Shown: one piece after another, positions 37,570-50,142 of the stretch
Position numbering within the stretch: the stretch's first letter is position 1
How the letters are laid out: every line of letters begins with the position of its first letter
Source of the DNA: Takakia lepidozioides
Lineage: Eukaryota; Plantae; Bryophyta
Length of the DNA: 64,000 bases
Reading direction: 5' to 3'
Assembly (NCBI GenBank): GCA_030704615.1
Contig: CM060732.1
Span: 82,336,001-82,400,000, forward strand
Translations under genes and position numbers: made by a program
The notes under the pieces: model-generated
Told to the model about the DNA's origin: nothing
Seen by the model: the letters and a program-made list of their open reading frames with translations, nothing else
The model's database searches: none

Positions 37570-39057
37570 TCACGCTAGTGCACCACTTGTTGTCCTTCCC
37601 CCGCCAACGATATCTTTATACAGATATACTCATGGTCCTCTTGCGCCACTCTACCTGTAACAGTTCCTGCCAGCTGCCTCAAAAAATCTGCAGCATTGCT
37701 TGCCAAACCTTGAACTACTTTGCCATCAGCAGCCCGCGGTGCAGATTATTCAAAAGACACCTTGCACAATCGTTGAGCCTCTACTGTTCGTGCAGCAGCA
37801 CCGATAGATTAGCATACCAGGTGAATCCAGGCACTTCGGATGGAAAACGCAACGCCCATAACTTATGGAAAAATTCTGGACCACAAATCCAGCTAGATTT
37901 CTGGTTCACAGACGCGTCCTCTCAGCGGATTCTCTCGCCTGGAAGCATTCAAGCCCTTCCAATTCGACACAGCTAGTTAGAGTCAGTGACCTCTCCAATT
38001 GAATGTGGCAGATTATTGCGACTGGGGTCTATGTAATTTGATTCCCCCTAAGCCAATTCGAACGAAAGTCGAGTGGAGACTCACAAATCCAGATACACCC
38101 ACAAGACACTTGCGTTCAAAATGATTGACCATTCATGAAAATTGAGGACCCGCTTAAAATGCAGGTTTGTTAAGCTGTCAACAGATACAATTGTTATGGT
38201 GAAACCAAGATTTCGGCGCACTCAAGATTCTATATGTTATATTCACAGCATCAGAGTTCACTGCGGTTATTGTTATAACCACGACTGAAGGCGATTCGGC
38301 CTTTAAAGTCTGCTGGTTTCAGCAGAACCCGACACAAACGAAACAAAAGGATTTTTTTCAAATCAGCCCAACTTGGCAGCACACGCAACAGCTGCAAAGG
38401 TCCCAAAGAGAGACAGACAAGTACAGCTCGCTGCTGCTGTAACAACTTCACAATACAATCTGAGCAGAAGCGAAAGGAAAAAAAAAAACTGCTTCAAATG
38501 AGCTGCTGCTGTTGGGACCCAGCTCCCCAGCAGGGTTTGATTTGAGGAGGGCAGAAGAGCGATGAGATTGGGCGGTGGGTCCAGAAGGCATGCGGAGCAG
38601 ACACACGGGCAGGATATGGTGGGGAGCAAGCTGCTGCAGCACAAGAGAGTGGGTGGCGGAGCTCGCCCCTCCTCTCCCGTGATTCCACCCCGGTTTCCGT
38701 CGGGCCTCACCCGGCCCACGCATGCCACATGCATGCATGCATACCCACACTTTTTGCTTTTATCTCCCACACCCACGTCATCGTGTGTGTCATCTGACGG
38801 CCCACACTCCACAACTGAAGACCAATGATGAGAAGCCACGTAAGAACACATTCTTAAGAAAAGATGGAGCACCTGAAATTTTATTGCATATAGTTTAAGC
38901 TGACTTTAAGCTGGTGTCCGGAGCCAGAGTTTTTTTTTAATAAATTATTAGGGCCCTGTCCCCTGTTTCTGAAAACAAAAGAAAACATTCCAAACACAAA
39001 AAACAATTCTATTATTCAATCTACCAAAAATATGTTGTTGTCGTCCTACTGTGTGTA

Positions 39058-39236
39058 AGAAAAATAAAGTATGACGCCTCCGAAGGGAGCGTAACTTATG
39101 GTATCACTTCACCACAAGGGCTACTACCTTCCACCTGAAAGGTGGACACCTTCATGACGCACCAGACCATGGTTTGAACTCACAACCACATCCAACGTGG
39201 TATGTGCCCATTACCACTGGGCTACATGCTGTTTGT
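39058..39236 (-). mobile_element. tRNA-derived SINE (type A)
   Basis: Minus strand has A-box TAGCCCAGTGG, B-box GAGTTCAAACC, a 3' ACGCTCCC-TTCG-GAGGCGT hairpin and a T-rich tail. 12-bp TSD CTACTGTGTGTA at 39046-39057 and 39237-39248. Confidence 0.85.
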
Positions 39237-39287
39237 CTACTGTGTGTACATAAAGGTCGGGGTTGTTGCCGGGTCAATTGTTCAAAC

Positions 39288-39712
39288 CAGTGTTGGGCGG
39301 TTATTGTATTTCTTTCATAACGTCCAGTTCCGGTTTTTACAAAAACTTAGAATCAAAGAACCTCCCGATCCGGTTTATTCATATTTTTTCTGTGGAAAGA
39401 ACCAAAAAAACAAAAACAAAAAAAAACCACTGGTTACTTTTACCATCTCTTATTCTTACTCTTACTCTTACCTTTTACCTTACTCTTAACCCAAGATTAC
39501 TCAAAGAACCGGTGGTTTTCATCAAACAGCCGGTGGGTCTTTAGCGGATCTTTGACGGATTTCAGGCTGGTTATTTCAAAACTATGTAAATGGCGATTAC
39601 CTATGAGCCTTTGGCTGTTCTTTGTTTTTTTTCAGAACTGCGGTTATATATCCACATAATTTTCTTGATAACCTCAGGGGTGTGTAGCTGAATCAAAGAA
39701 TCTCCCAACACT
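39288..39712. mobile_element. hAT-like MITE
   Basis: Ends CAGTGTTGGG / CCCAACACTA with many internal AACCGG/CCGGTT motifs; TSD not preserved. Confidence 0.5.
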
Positions 39713-42700
39713 AGAAATGACCTAATGCCCGTGCTATTTGTACTGGTCATCACATCTGCCTTGATGTGACCCCATGGACATCAATTATTCAATCGACTTG
39801 TGGACAAGAACACCGGATATAATTATTCTGCCCGCATTGTGAGCCGTCTGTCCGTCCGAGGTTGCCTTTTACATTCCCCATAGGACTTATGCCCTCTATG
39901 GACCACTCTTGGGCTTTTGTGGTTATGTACCCCCCAGAACTAGCAGGTACGAAAAAAAAAAAAACCCGATAACCTCCGGTTATTCGGAAAGTAGTATTAG
40001 AGAACCAGCTAATCGGATTGATACCAGACAGATAATAGCTAATGAGGTGGGATTTGTGAGGAGGGTCCACTATACGGATTGCAGATGCGCATAATCTGTT
40101 GGTTAACTTATCATCCAATGGCGAAATTTTCGACCTGGAAAATGAGTCAGCTACTTGTACAAAGGAAGTAGAGCATGACCAGCGGTGGCGCGGTGAACAG
40201 ACACGCCAACGGGGGCATTATACTAGCCCATTTTTGGCCGGAGCCCATATAGTAGTGTGGCAGCTGGTGTGAAGGCCAGCAGCCTAGCAGCCTCCCACGA
40301 ACCCCCCCCCACCAGTAGCTGAGAATTTGGAGCCTAATTTTGAAGGCGTGAGCCAGTTAAAAATTACCACCTGGAATATAGCCACGTTTCTAGGCCTGCC
40401 ACCTCCTTATTCTCGCCACATGGGCACTGCATAGAATTCACATGTGGCCCCGCCAGCAATTAAAAAAAAAACACTGCTTGGTAGTAAGAAGAATACTTTT
40501 AAAGAGAAAGGAATATTCTTTTTCAAATATTCTTTTGTTTTCAAAAATATTTTTGGCTTGCAGGTAACTAAGGTACTACTAAGGTACTAAGGAGTTTGTC
40601 AAAGGCTTAAAAAAGCAATTGGGATTGATTGCATAGCAAGAGGCTAAGAGCAGATCAGGAGTGTGAGTAGCCTCATGGCCATCCAGTTCAGTATGGGGTT
40701 CCTCCAGATGACATTGCCTCACAGTAGCAAGCAGTAAATGGGTGGTCTTTAGTTGTGATTATGAGCAGAGTGCTGGGATAAGTGCATGGCAATCCCCAAG
40801 TTTGCTATCTTGGCCGAGTCTCATGATGATCATACTTATTAAGGTCCAGGGAAACACCAGCACCATCATTGGTCTTGAGGGTCCGTCAGAGTCTCTCTCA
40901 CGCATTTTTGGCTGCCTCGGTACAATGTGTGAACTCAGGTGCCATGAATCCTGTAAGTAAGCAGCTGTGGGCAGCTGGAGCTGTCACAACAAACTTGCAA
41001 GGTTCAGGAAAAGTGACCATCTGGATGAGTCACCTTGTCGATCAGCTGGGTTCAGCTCAAGCAATGATTAGACAGGACCGAAGTGAGTTGCCTTTCTCGG
41101 TGGCTTGATGTGGTTGAAGATGGGAGATTCTGCAGGTAGGAAATGCGCACAGAAGCACATGAAAGATATTAAAATCTGTGGAAGGTACAGACTGTTGGTC
41201 TTCATAGCAAGGCCTAACTACTGTCCGATTTTCCTTCATGCTGACAGTAAGCAAAAGACTCCTCACCCTTCTTTTAAGCTTGGCTAACGTGTCCGGCCGC
41301 AACCTGCATATAAGTTAGTCGCCGCTTGGTCAGCAGAAGGGCCACAATTTTTGAAGTTCCCAAACTCTGACACTGCCAAGTCTGACTTCCCAACGCATGC
41401 CATGATATGACTGCAATAATGGTGCATGTACAGAAGGGAATGAGCTCGGCCAATCCGATGGAACATTTCATCCACCCGCTGACTGGCACAGCATTGCCTA
41501 CTCCAGACAGGAGAGAGTTACATCTGAACAAGCCTATAAAAAGAGCTCTCGCTCTATGGGGACGGCTAGATTGTCGCAAATACGAGGAGGTTTTGGACTG
41601 TAGAGGTTGCTAATCTCACGTTTGGGGCCCACCGTCAATGATTTTGGATGGTGCTAATATAAGCCTTGCAGCTGAAAGAGCGGATTAGGTAATTCTTAGA
41701 GCTAAGGTGGCTGAAGGGGCCCACCGGAGAGCAACGCTGCAAAAGTGCAGGCGACGGCCTCGTCGACATAAGCCATGCACTCAACGTGCTTCAAGATGAA
41801 GAAGACGATGGGCAGCATTGCACATGTGAGAGATATTTTTTGTGTGGGTTCCGCGTGCGCAACTGCGGTGGGTGATCATCCGCTGCGACCTGGGTAGGCC
41901 ACGTTGCTCAACTTCTGCCCTTGAGTTCCGCATCTGAGATAAGCTCGTGAGCTCGCTCGCTGCTGCATCCATCCATTGCTCATCTAGAAGCATGCATACC
42001 AAGTCTGTGAGCAGTGTGAGGTCCTTTGATCCGCCTGCAGGTCATGGGTTCTCAGGGAATTCCATTTCTTCCTTGAAATCGTCCATTGTTTGCAGGTGAT
42101 AACATCTGCCTGTTGCAAAATCTAGAAAACTCAGTTCTACAAATCACACTACAAGATTTTTCTCTTATTACGTTCATTCTCCTGTCAAAGCATATTTGCT
42201 AGATTTGTGTTAGATGCTGCAACTCTGATTAGAGCCCAGTTCAACTTGTATGATTGCGATGATGTGTCCGATGACATACTGTAACCTGTTCTCAGTAAAT
42301 CCATCATTAAAGAGCCTCAGTCTGACATAGCATCTCCATACAAAAAGTGCAATACCCTAAAAGAAAAAACAAGTTCCAAATTCTAATTATATTTGTGGGC
42401 ATTACCTATGTGTACTAGAATCACTCTAACATTTGGATAGGATCTGTCAGAAATCCCTAGTCTCATGGCCTTGGCCCTTTGAGGTCATCAACCCATCTGC
42501 ACATTTCAGAACTCTCAAGAGATATTTTGAGCTTGCAAGCTAGATAACATTTGCAGCTACCTAGCAGGGACAGGACACATAACCTCAACCATCCATGTGG
42601 GTGGGAAATGACCACACGCCTGGCCTTCAAGGTATGCTTGCCTGGTGGAAATTCGGCCAGAGGTAGAGAAAGGCAGGATATGCTGCAGCGAGCGTTAGTG

Positions 42701-45088
42701 GCAAGTTGTAACTCACCACCTGGGCTGTCCTTTCCATCTGTCCACCATCAACCCGTTCCAATCACATAGCTCACGTTGCCCACCTGTGGTCATCAGAGTT
42801 AACATTAACGCCTTCGTTGGCATGCTGGGAATTCAAGAGCCGAAAGCAATGATAATCGAAGTTCTTACGTACTGACTCGTACGTGCACGGGAAACTGCAA
42901 CCAAAAGTTTCCTACCTAGAGTTACATATACAGGTGATACTTAGCTACCGGAGGTCTTCTCAAAGTTCACACTCTGGGTCGCTCATTGTGCACTGTACAT
43001 GTGTTCTTGGTGACGAGACAGAGGGCGTGGTAAGAACTGTGTTGTCCGGGTCACTGAACTTGTCTATATAAATGACCAGAAAATGGTAAGAACGTAAGAA
43101 CATTCTTACTAAGAACCTCTATGAACACATGAAATGAAGGCCTGTCTAACCTATACACAGGGCGTGCACGCGATCTAGAGCTACTTTTTCGACTTGACTA
43201 GGGTCGTCCATGTATCCTCTTTGGAATTGTACCAACTGTCCTGCCATCAGGTGAGAGCATGGGGAGGGTTGCTGCTGTTGGAGCTTGAATTTGGTAGGAA
43301 GTTGCATTGCAAATTATGACACTTGGTGCCCGGCCCGGCAACTCCAAGCACCACTTTCTTTGCCAGGAGTATGTAGCTGTATCCTGTTATCGGCCGGGGT
43401 AGAAGTGCCCCAATCTAGCCCAAACCACTCCGGACACTTCTCTCAGATGTTTTCAGATTGGAACATGCCCTGACCACATAGCGTAAAGGTGAGGGGCAAA
43501 ATGAAGCAGTCAAACAGCCTGTACTATGCTTAGTTTGAGCTTCGGCCTAGTGTCCGGTGTGCCGAGTATGTCCTACAGGTCTTAGCAGTAGTGCTTGAGA
43601 ACCACTTCTCATTGAAACCTGGAGAAAGAACGAAGAAAGGTCCAACTCCCTACAATTTGCGCATCGAGAGACCTCCTATTTGAGATCAGGGTTCTGGCAT
43701 CCCATGTCGTGTATGGTAGACAGCTCAGGTTGTTTCGAGGCACGCTGAATTGGCCAGAGATGCGACGAGGTCCTGTTTTCCGAAGTCAATTTGTACCAGT
43801 TGAGGTCTAATGCGAGCTCCAGCTATGGACAGGAAGCTTTAAATCCCCACGCATCTTCCAAGTTCGTGCAGGAAAAGATGGATTGTACACATAAGCTGGA
43901 AAGAGGCAATGAGCTGCACATGATCACTGTAATAACTCGAGCATAACACTGCCCAGTTTTGCGAAAAGGGGCCCCTTACTCAGTGTAGCTCGAGATTATA
44001 CGCGCACATTTGCTGTTCGGTCGAATCAGTGTACTTTGTGTGCAAGTACATCCATATATATGTGTATAAGCTTCCGGGGGTCAATCCAATGTTCAGAAAA
44101 CGAAGCGACTGGGTACTGGATCAGACTGCAGCACAGCGAAAAGTTGCCATGCATACTATTCGAGAGAGTCCAGCATCAAGAGACTGTACATGTGTGCAAA
44201 AACATGTGTACACCAAGTTGTCTTCTAGACTCTGGTGTCACTGAAGAAGTCTGGAGTTCAAATGCCAAAGGCAGGTTGAACGATATTTCTTCTGTCACAT
44301 TGAGTGTCTTACTTGAAAAATCGAGGATGCGTTTATGCTCCAATAGGGGAGTGTGGGTCGCTGACAACCTGCTGTTTTGTCCAGATCCAGACCAGCTGAG
44401 GTTAGATTCTGAACGCGATCATGGGATCTGCAAATTATGTTAAATGCCCAATGACCCCTTTTGTAGGATGTCACTTTAAAACTTCTCTTATTTAGCTATA
44501 CTCTAAAAGCTCAGTTGGATGTTTAGTTTTGAACACCAACTTTAGCAGGATCAGGCTGTTACTATAACTACCCACCTCTTCGTGTTCTCTTTCTACATTA
44601 TTTGAACATATAGTTCTACCTGTTCGAATCTACTCTTCAAATTCTCCATCTGCCTTTTCAAATCTAGAAGCCACATCCAAATGGGTTAAGGAAATTACTC
44701 TAAAACTAGGCTAATTCTAGTTAAAATGTCTGTCATGTACATCAAATTGTTAAGCTGGCGCCTTCCCATGACTTCGTGGGAAACGGCGCAGTGCCATGCG
44801 CACCCTTCACCTTCACTCCTCCACCTCGTTACTCTTTAGCAGCTCCCGTTCTCTCTCTGCCTTCCATCTTCCCTTCCCGGTGATGCTCAAGAGCAGAAAG
44901 AATACATACTCGAGAACCTTCCCTTCAATTGCTGGGGAGGAGCATCCTACTGAATTTTGAAATCTATACATATCTGCCTATTTATATCCCTTCATGTACA
45001 AACTGATCAGGATCCTTCCTAGTACTTAAGCTCATCGATCACAGTCCTTCCTGCAAAGCAAGTCTATTTCTTGTCACTGCTTACGAGG

Positions 45089-47913
45089 ATGTCAGCCTAT
45101 TGGGGAAAGTACGCGGGTAATGCATATGAACTCAAACTTCATTTAAGCTTGCCTTTTTTTCTAGTGCTATCTTCACTAAATTCTGGTCTAGAGATTGACT
45201 TGAAATGCAGGACTAGAAATCAGCAAGGAGGGATTAATAATTACCTAGGAATACTACCCATTGTGCCAGTACCGTCCAGTAAGTTGGTGCTATAGTCTCA
45301 GCATTCCCCGCAATCGTTTTTCTGATGGCCGCCTTTGCCAGTTGGTTTCAGGCACGATCTAGGAAGCATGTGCGCACAACAGCGTCTAGACACTGAGAAA
45401 TGGTCAGACCCTCGGAACAACGTCTTCTCGCGGAACAAGATAATCTGCTATGAGATTATAGCACCAACTTACTTGAGGGTACTGGCATTATGGGCATGAT
45501 CCCTAGCTGCATTGCTTTTATCCCTCCTTGCTGATTTCTGGTGTAGTGATTGATTAGATGTCAGGCCTGCGGAATCAGCAAGGAAGGATCAAAGCAAAGC
45601 TGCTAGAAAATTGCCCATGTGCCAGACTTAGTGCCCTCCAGTACTATGCTGGCTATAGTCTCATAGTAAAACTTGTTGCGACTATTCTATTCCGAGGGTC
45701 TAATGACCAGTGTTTCATTAAAGCCCCTTCTTTGTGTGTGATTGCTATCGTGTAGGAAACCAAAATGGCAAAGGCGCCCATCAGAAACACGCTTGCTGGA
45801 AATGCGGTTGAGTCCCAAACACTAATCCTCCTCTTTCTTTCCACGTCTCCTTTTTACTTGATTCGTGAGTCGGTTTTTGTATGTGATCAAGTGTAGTCAC
45901 AACCCATTGTAACCACCTCTCATGATCATCCACGGTTCCACACAATCTCAAGTAAATCTGGGACTGGAGAGATCAAAAGTGGCTTCCAACGTGCAAGTGC
46001 TACATGATGTTTGTAACCTGTTGAGAGAGTTAGCAAGCTAGAGCTTCACTTAACCATGATAGAGACATCCACTCTAGAGAGACATGTATGTATGTTGCAC
46101 GATGATTATATATTGCTCGGTTTAAACGCTGATTGAAGCTGAAACTCACTGCACAAAATGCTGGGTCAGTGTCCGGTATAATTGTCCAGACATCTTGGTA
46201 AAGAACCAAGTTTGATAATGGAGATTTTTCTTAGGATTGCACCCTGCAATCGTTCGAACAGTGACCCTGAAAATGGACTAAAGTGCTTAGTTATATAGGT
46301 GTCAATTTTGCGTCCGTTGGGCACTAGTCCATATGTAAGTATGTACCTGCAGTCTATACTCATGAAACACTTCACTGCAGAGCTAGTGATGTGTTGTTGT
46401 CGATTACGAGGTCCCTCAACATGGTCCCTTTCTGATTTTCTGATCTTGAGCAGTGACAAAGGAAATTCGACTATACATTAGTTGATCCTTGCTGGTCACT
46501 GGTACTGTTTAAAGTCTCTAGACTTTGTGCACTGTTTTCAGTCAGGACTGCATGTATAGCTGTCTAGTCACAGTCCAGAGGCCTGAGCAGATTTTTCAGC
46601 CTTGCCGTTGATTGAATTATGTATATGGTAAAGTTTCTCATGTTGGTAGCATACAGCTCGCATAGATAGTTGATTGTCACCTACTGAAACAAGTGATCTA
46701 CGTTCAATGGGGTGAATCCCATGTAAGCTTAAGCGGCCAATGTACTCATTCCTGAATCGAGTCAAGACAGAAGCGAGGAAGTTCCAGGAAACAGAAAGTG
46801 TGGCCTTCTTCGAATTCATGTACAGCACACAGTGCATGCTCAAACAAGAGACTGTGTGCTTTTTTCGCTACAGATGAGCTGATCAGGACCGCCAAGTACG
46901 TCGCCACACCAGGGAAGGGGATTCTGGCGGCCGACGAGAGCACATCAACGATCGGAAAGCGGCTGGCGAGCATTAATGTGGAGAACACCGAGAGCAACAG
47001 GCAGGCGCTGCGCGAGCTGCTCTTCACAGCTCCCGGAACCCACCAATATCTCAGCGGCGTGCTCCTCTACGAAGAAACGTTGTACCAGAAGACCATCGCC
47101 GGCAAGCCCTTCGTCAAGCTCTTGGAAGAAGGCGGGGTGATGACGGGCATCAAAGTCGACACTGGCACCGTGGACCTCGCAGGCACCAACGGTGAGAGCA
47201 CCACCCAAGGCCACGACAATCTCGCAGCGCGCTGCAAGAAGTACTACGATGCAGGCGCCCGCTTCGCCAAATGGAGAGCCGTCCTCAAGATTGGGCACAC
47301 CGAGCCCTCGCAGCTGTCCATTGACCAAAACTCCCAAGGACTTGCTCGCTACGCGATCATCTGCCAGGAGAATGGGCTGGTTCCTATTGTGGAGCCTGAA
47401 ATTCTGGTAGACGGAAGCCATGACATTCGCAAGTGCGCTGAGGTGACCGAGCGCGTGCTTGCTGCCTGCTACAAAGCTCTCAATGATCAGCATGTGCTGC
47501 TGGAGGGCACTCTGTTGAAGCCCAACATGGTGACACCGGGCTCGGATGCCCCCAAGGTGTCCCCCGAGATCATTGCCAAGTTCACAGTGCGAGCGCTGCA
47601 GAGAACGGTGCCCCCCGCTGTGCCTGGCGTCATGTTTCTCTCTGGCGGCCAGAGCGAAGAGGAGGCCACCATCAACTTGAACGCCATGAATGCTCTCCAG
47701 ACGCTCAAGCCATGGACGCTCAGCTTCAGCTATGGGCGTGCTCTGCAGCAGAGCGTGCTCAAAACTTGGTGTGGTGAGAAGAAGAACTGGACTGCTGCCC
47801 AGAGGGTGCTCTACAACCGTGCCAAGGCTAACTCTGAGGCCGTCCTGGGCAGATACAAGGGAGACTCCGGAGGAGACGCTGGGAGTCTCCATGTGAGAGA
47901 CTATAGGTACTGA
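45089..47913 (+). CDS. FBA: Fructose-bisphosphate aldolase, class I, cytosolic (355 aa, 2 exons)
   Basis: Exon 1 45089-45116 ([10 protein letters not shown]|GTAAT donor) joins exon 2 46874-47913 (CAG|ATGAG...). Motifs [44 protein letters not shown] and a C-terminal Tyr. No transit peptide. Confidence 0.96.
45290..45820. repeat. Long imperfect inverted repeat (foldback) inside the aldolase intron, with an extra partial arm at 45213-45300
   Basis: 45301-45541 is the diverged reverse complement of 45571-45806, e.g. ctgatggccgcctttgcca / tggcaaaggcgcccatcag; tggtcagaccctcggaa / ttccgagggtctaatgacca; ccctccttgctgatt / aatcagcaaggaagg. Confidence 0.8.
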
Positions 47914-50142
47914 TCAATTCACCTTGCCAGAGCTCACACTGGGTGCTTGAAAGAGGTCGATGATGATGACGATGATCCAGCACCCAGCTTGGCAAGACCA
48001 ACTGTACTACTACTCCATTAACTTCATTTTTCACCTCTAGAAGTATCTCCAAGCTCTCAGTCATCATAGATCTGTATGCACACCCATTTTTTTGAAGTGG
48101 AGGGACTGCTTAGAAAAGTGCAACTCTTCTCAAGTATATTGTATCGTTTCATGTTCAATGTAGGATCCTGTGTATATTTGACACACTTAAGTGATCATGT
48201 AATAAAGTTCTGTGGAGTCTCAATCTGGAGCAGGAAGTGATACAAACCTTTGGGGCCCCATCTACCACAAATTGCCATTGAGCTTGAGGGGGCTCAACTC
48301 ACTAGAGTCAAGACCACTGGCTGGTTCTATGGTTATCGTTCCCTTCAGAGTTGAATAATTGCATTGATGTTAGAAGCCCACCAGCAAAACATACCCCTTG
48401 TCTGTTGATTAGCTTGTCCTGGGTGGCTGGTCTGGATGTTTCCCCATCTTTTGATGTGTGCGCCTCCCCACTCTCAGAGGTTACTTTCCTTGGAACCTTC
48501 TTAATAAGCTATCACCTTACTTGAAAGAAAACAAAACAAAAGAAAACATTCATGGGAGTCTAGGTGATGGTATGAATGGAAATGTTATCCTTCAAAATGA
48601 CTTGAACGTTGGAACATTGGGACTTTTTGCACCCTCATTTTCCCAAGTCGACCTGGCAAAGTCATCCCCCTGTTCTCCTGTCTTCCAAAAAGTGCTTCAC
48701 TGCTGGTTGAGGCTGACCAGTAAACCCCACTTTTAAGAAGCTCCTCCGTCTGCACAAAACTCCTATTGCCACCAAAAGAACGAGTCACCTGCACTCCAAT
48801 CATGACCCAATTGGGGTGTGTCAATCCAACCACCTGTCCAATGAAAAGATGGGGCCCGGTGTTCCCCATAGCTGATCCTATGTATTCTCCAACGTGTTTT
48901 AGAGAGACCCGGTTTAGACATGCTAGGCCCCCTTCTACTGTCTGCAAAACAAGCCTCAATATGATATGAAAAAATTCTAAGTAATCTCCAGTGGACTCCA
49001 CATAGCCATTGTTTCTGAACTGTTTGTTGTAATTCTGAGCAAGATATTGTAGAGCCAATCGGCAAAGCCCTGACTGTAGCTCAATTGCAGCTGTTTACCC
49101 AGAGCCCACTGCAGTAAAAGGATGATCATGGGGCTTTTACGACCCAGCTGATTCGTCAACACACCACCTTTGGACATGTGTACGACTAGGCTCTTTGACT
49201 TTGTAAATCAAAACAGTCCACTTTGATATATCACAATCTTTCCGCAAAACACTCCCATCTCCGTTGAGCTCTACAATCAAATCAACTGTTCCTGGTACAA
49301 TGTCAGAAAATTTGAAGAGCCTTGGTTCCAGCTAAACTGCAGTTCCCCCACAGACTCATGAACAGACTCAACAGGTAACCTGGCAAGTACAGGATCTTCT
49401 ACCTACCTCCATACTGAACAGACGTATTTGGAGGACTCATCAAACGATTGACACTTGTCATGAAGACTCACACTTGTCAGGGCACTGAACTAAATACCAA
49501 AACCAGGTTGGTCGAACAGAAGGGAAAGGGCAGTCATCAGACTGACGCATCAGAGGTGACGGACCACCCTGAACGTACTCACGAGGGAAATAATGGTTGA
49601 AAGGCGACAACCAAGTTGATGAGTGTGTGCAAGGGATAACAGGATTAGTGCTTAAAGTGACCATGAAAGTGACAATTTTCAATAGGAACAGGAGGGGCTG
49701 AGAGGGGAGTAGAGAAGAGTAGAGAAGCTTAATACAAAGCTATGTTTGATAAGAAGGAGCTTACTACACTTCTGGAAAACTGAAGTAAGACTCAAATCTG
49801 TAAGAGAAGAATGTCCTCAGCCAAGCCCTAGCTACTTTTGGCCTTCCAAAAAATCCTTAAACTCATAGGGGGTGCCTAGATCTGCCAGACATTTGGGTAT
49901 GGAGTAACAGGCTGATTGTGGAATCTTAATACACTATTGCAGAAGAGATATGAGACTTGCATGTCTAGATAATCATGATGCCAAGCTCTAGCATGACCAT
50001 ATGACACAGATGAGTATTACCATATGTACAGTGAAGACTCTAGGCTACCAACCAAAACTTTCAGTGCAAGTCACATCTCACCTCATGAGTTTGATGCGCA
50101 TGTATACACATATTCTTCCATGCAGATTCTCCACTGTCAGTA

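Noticed and set aside
40700-42060. Coding-like GC-richer stretch with short + strand ORFs
   Set aside because: Possibly an old pseudogene, but no family could be recognised
46798-46873. N-terminal extension of the aldolase ORF (MWPSS...)
   Set aside because: Intron sequence; the conserved MSAY.GKYA exon is at 45089-45116
46945-47892. 315-aa antisense ORF over the aldolase
   Set aside because: Shadow frame of a GC3-rich coding exon; no recognisable motifs
48585-49400. 157-aa minus ORF with upstream stop-interrupted extension between FBA and SUVH
   Set aside because: No recognisable domain or splice structure; cannot be supported as a gene
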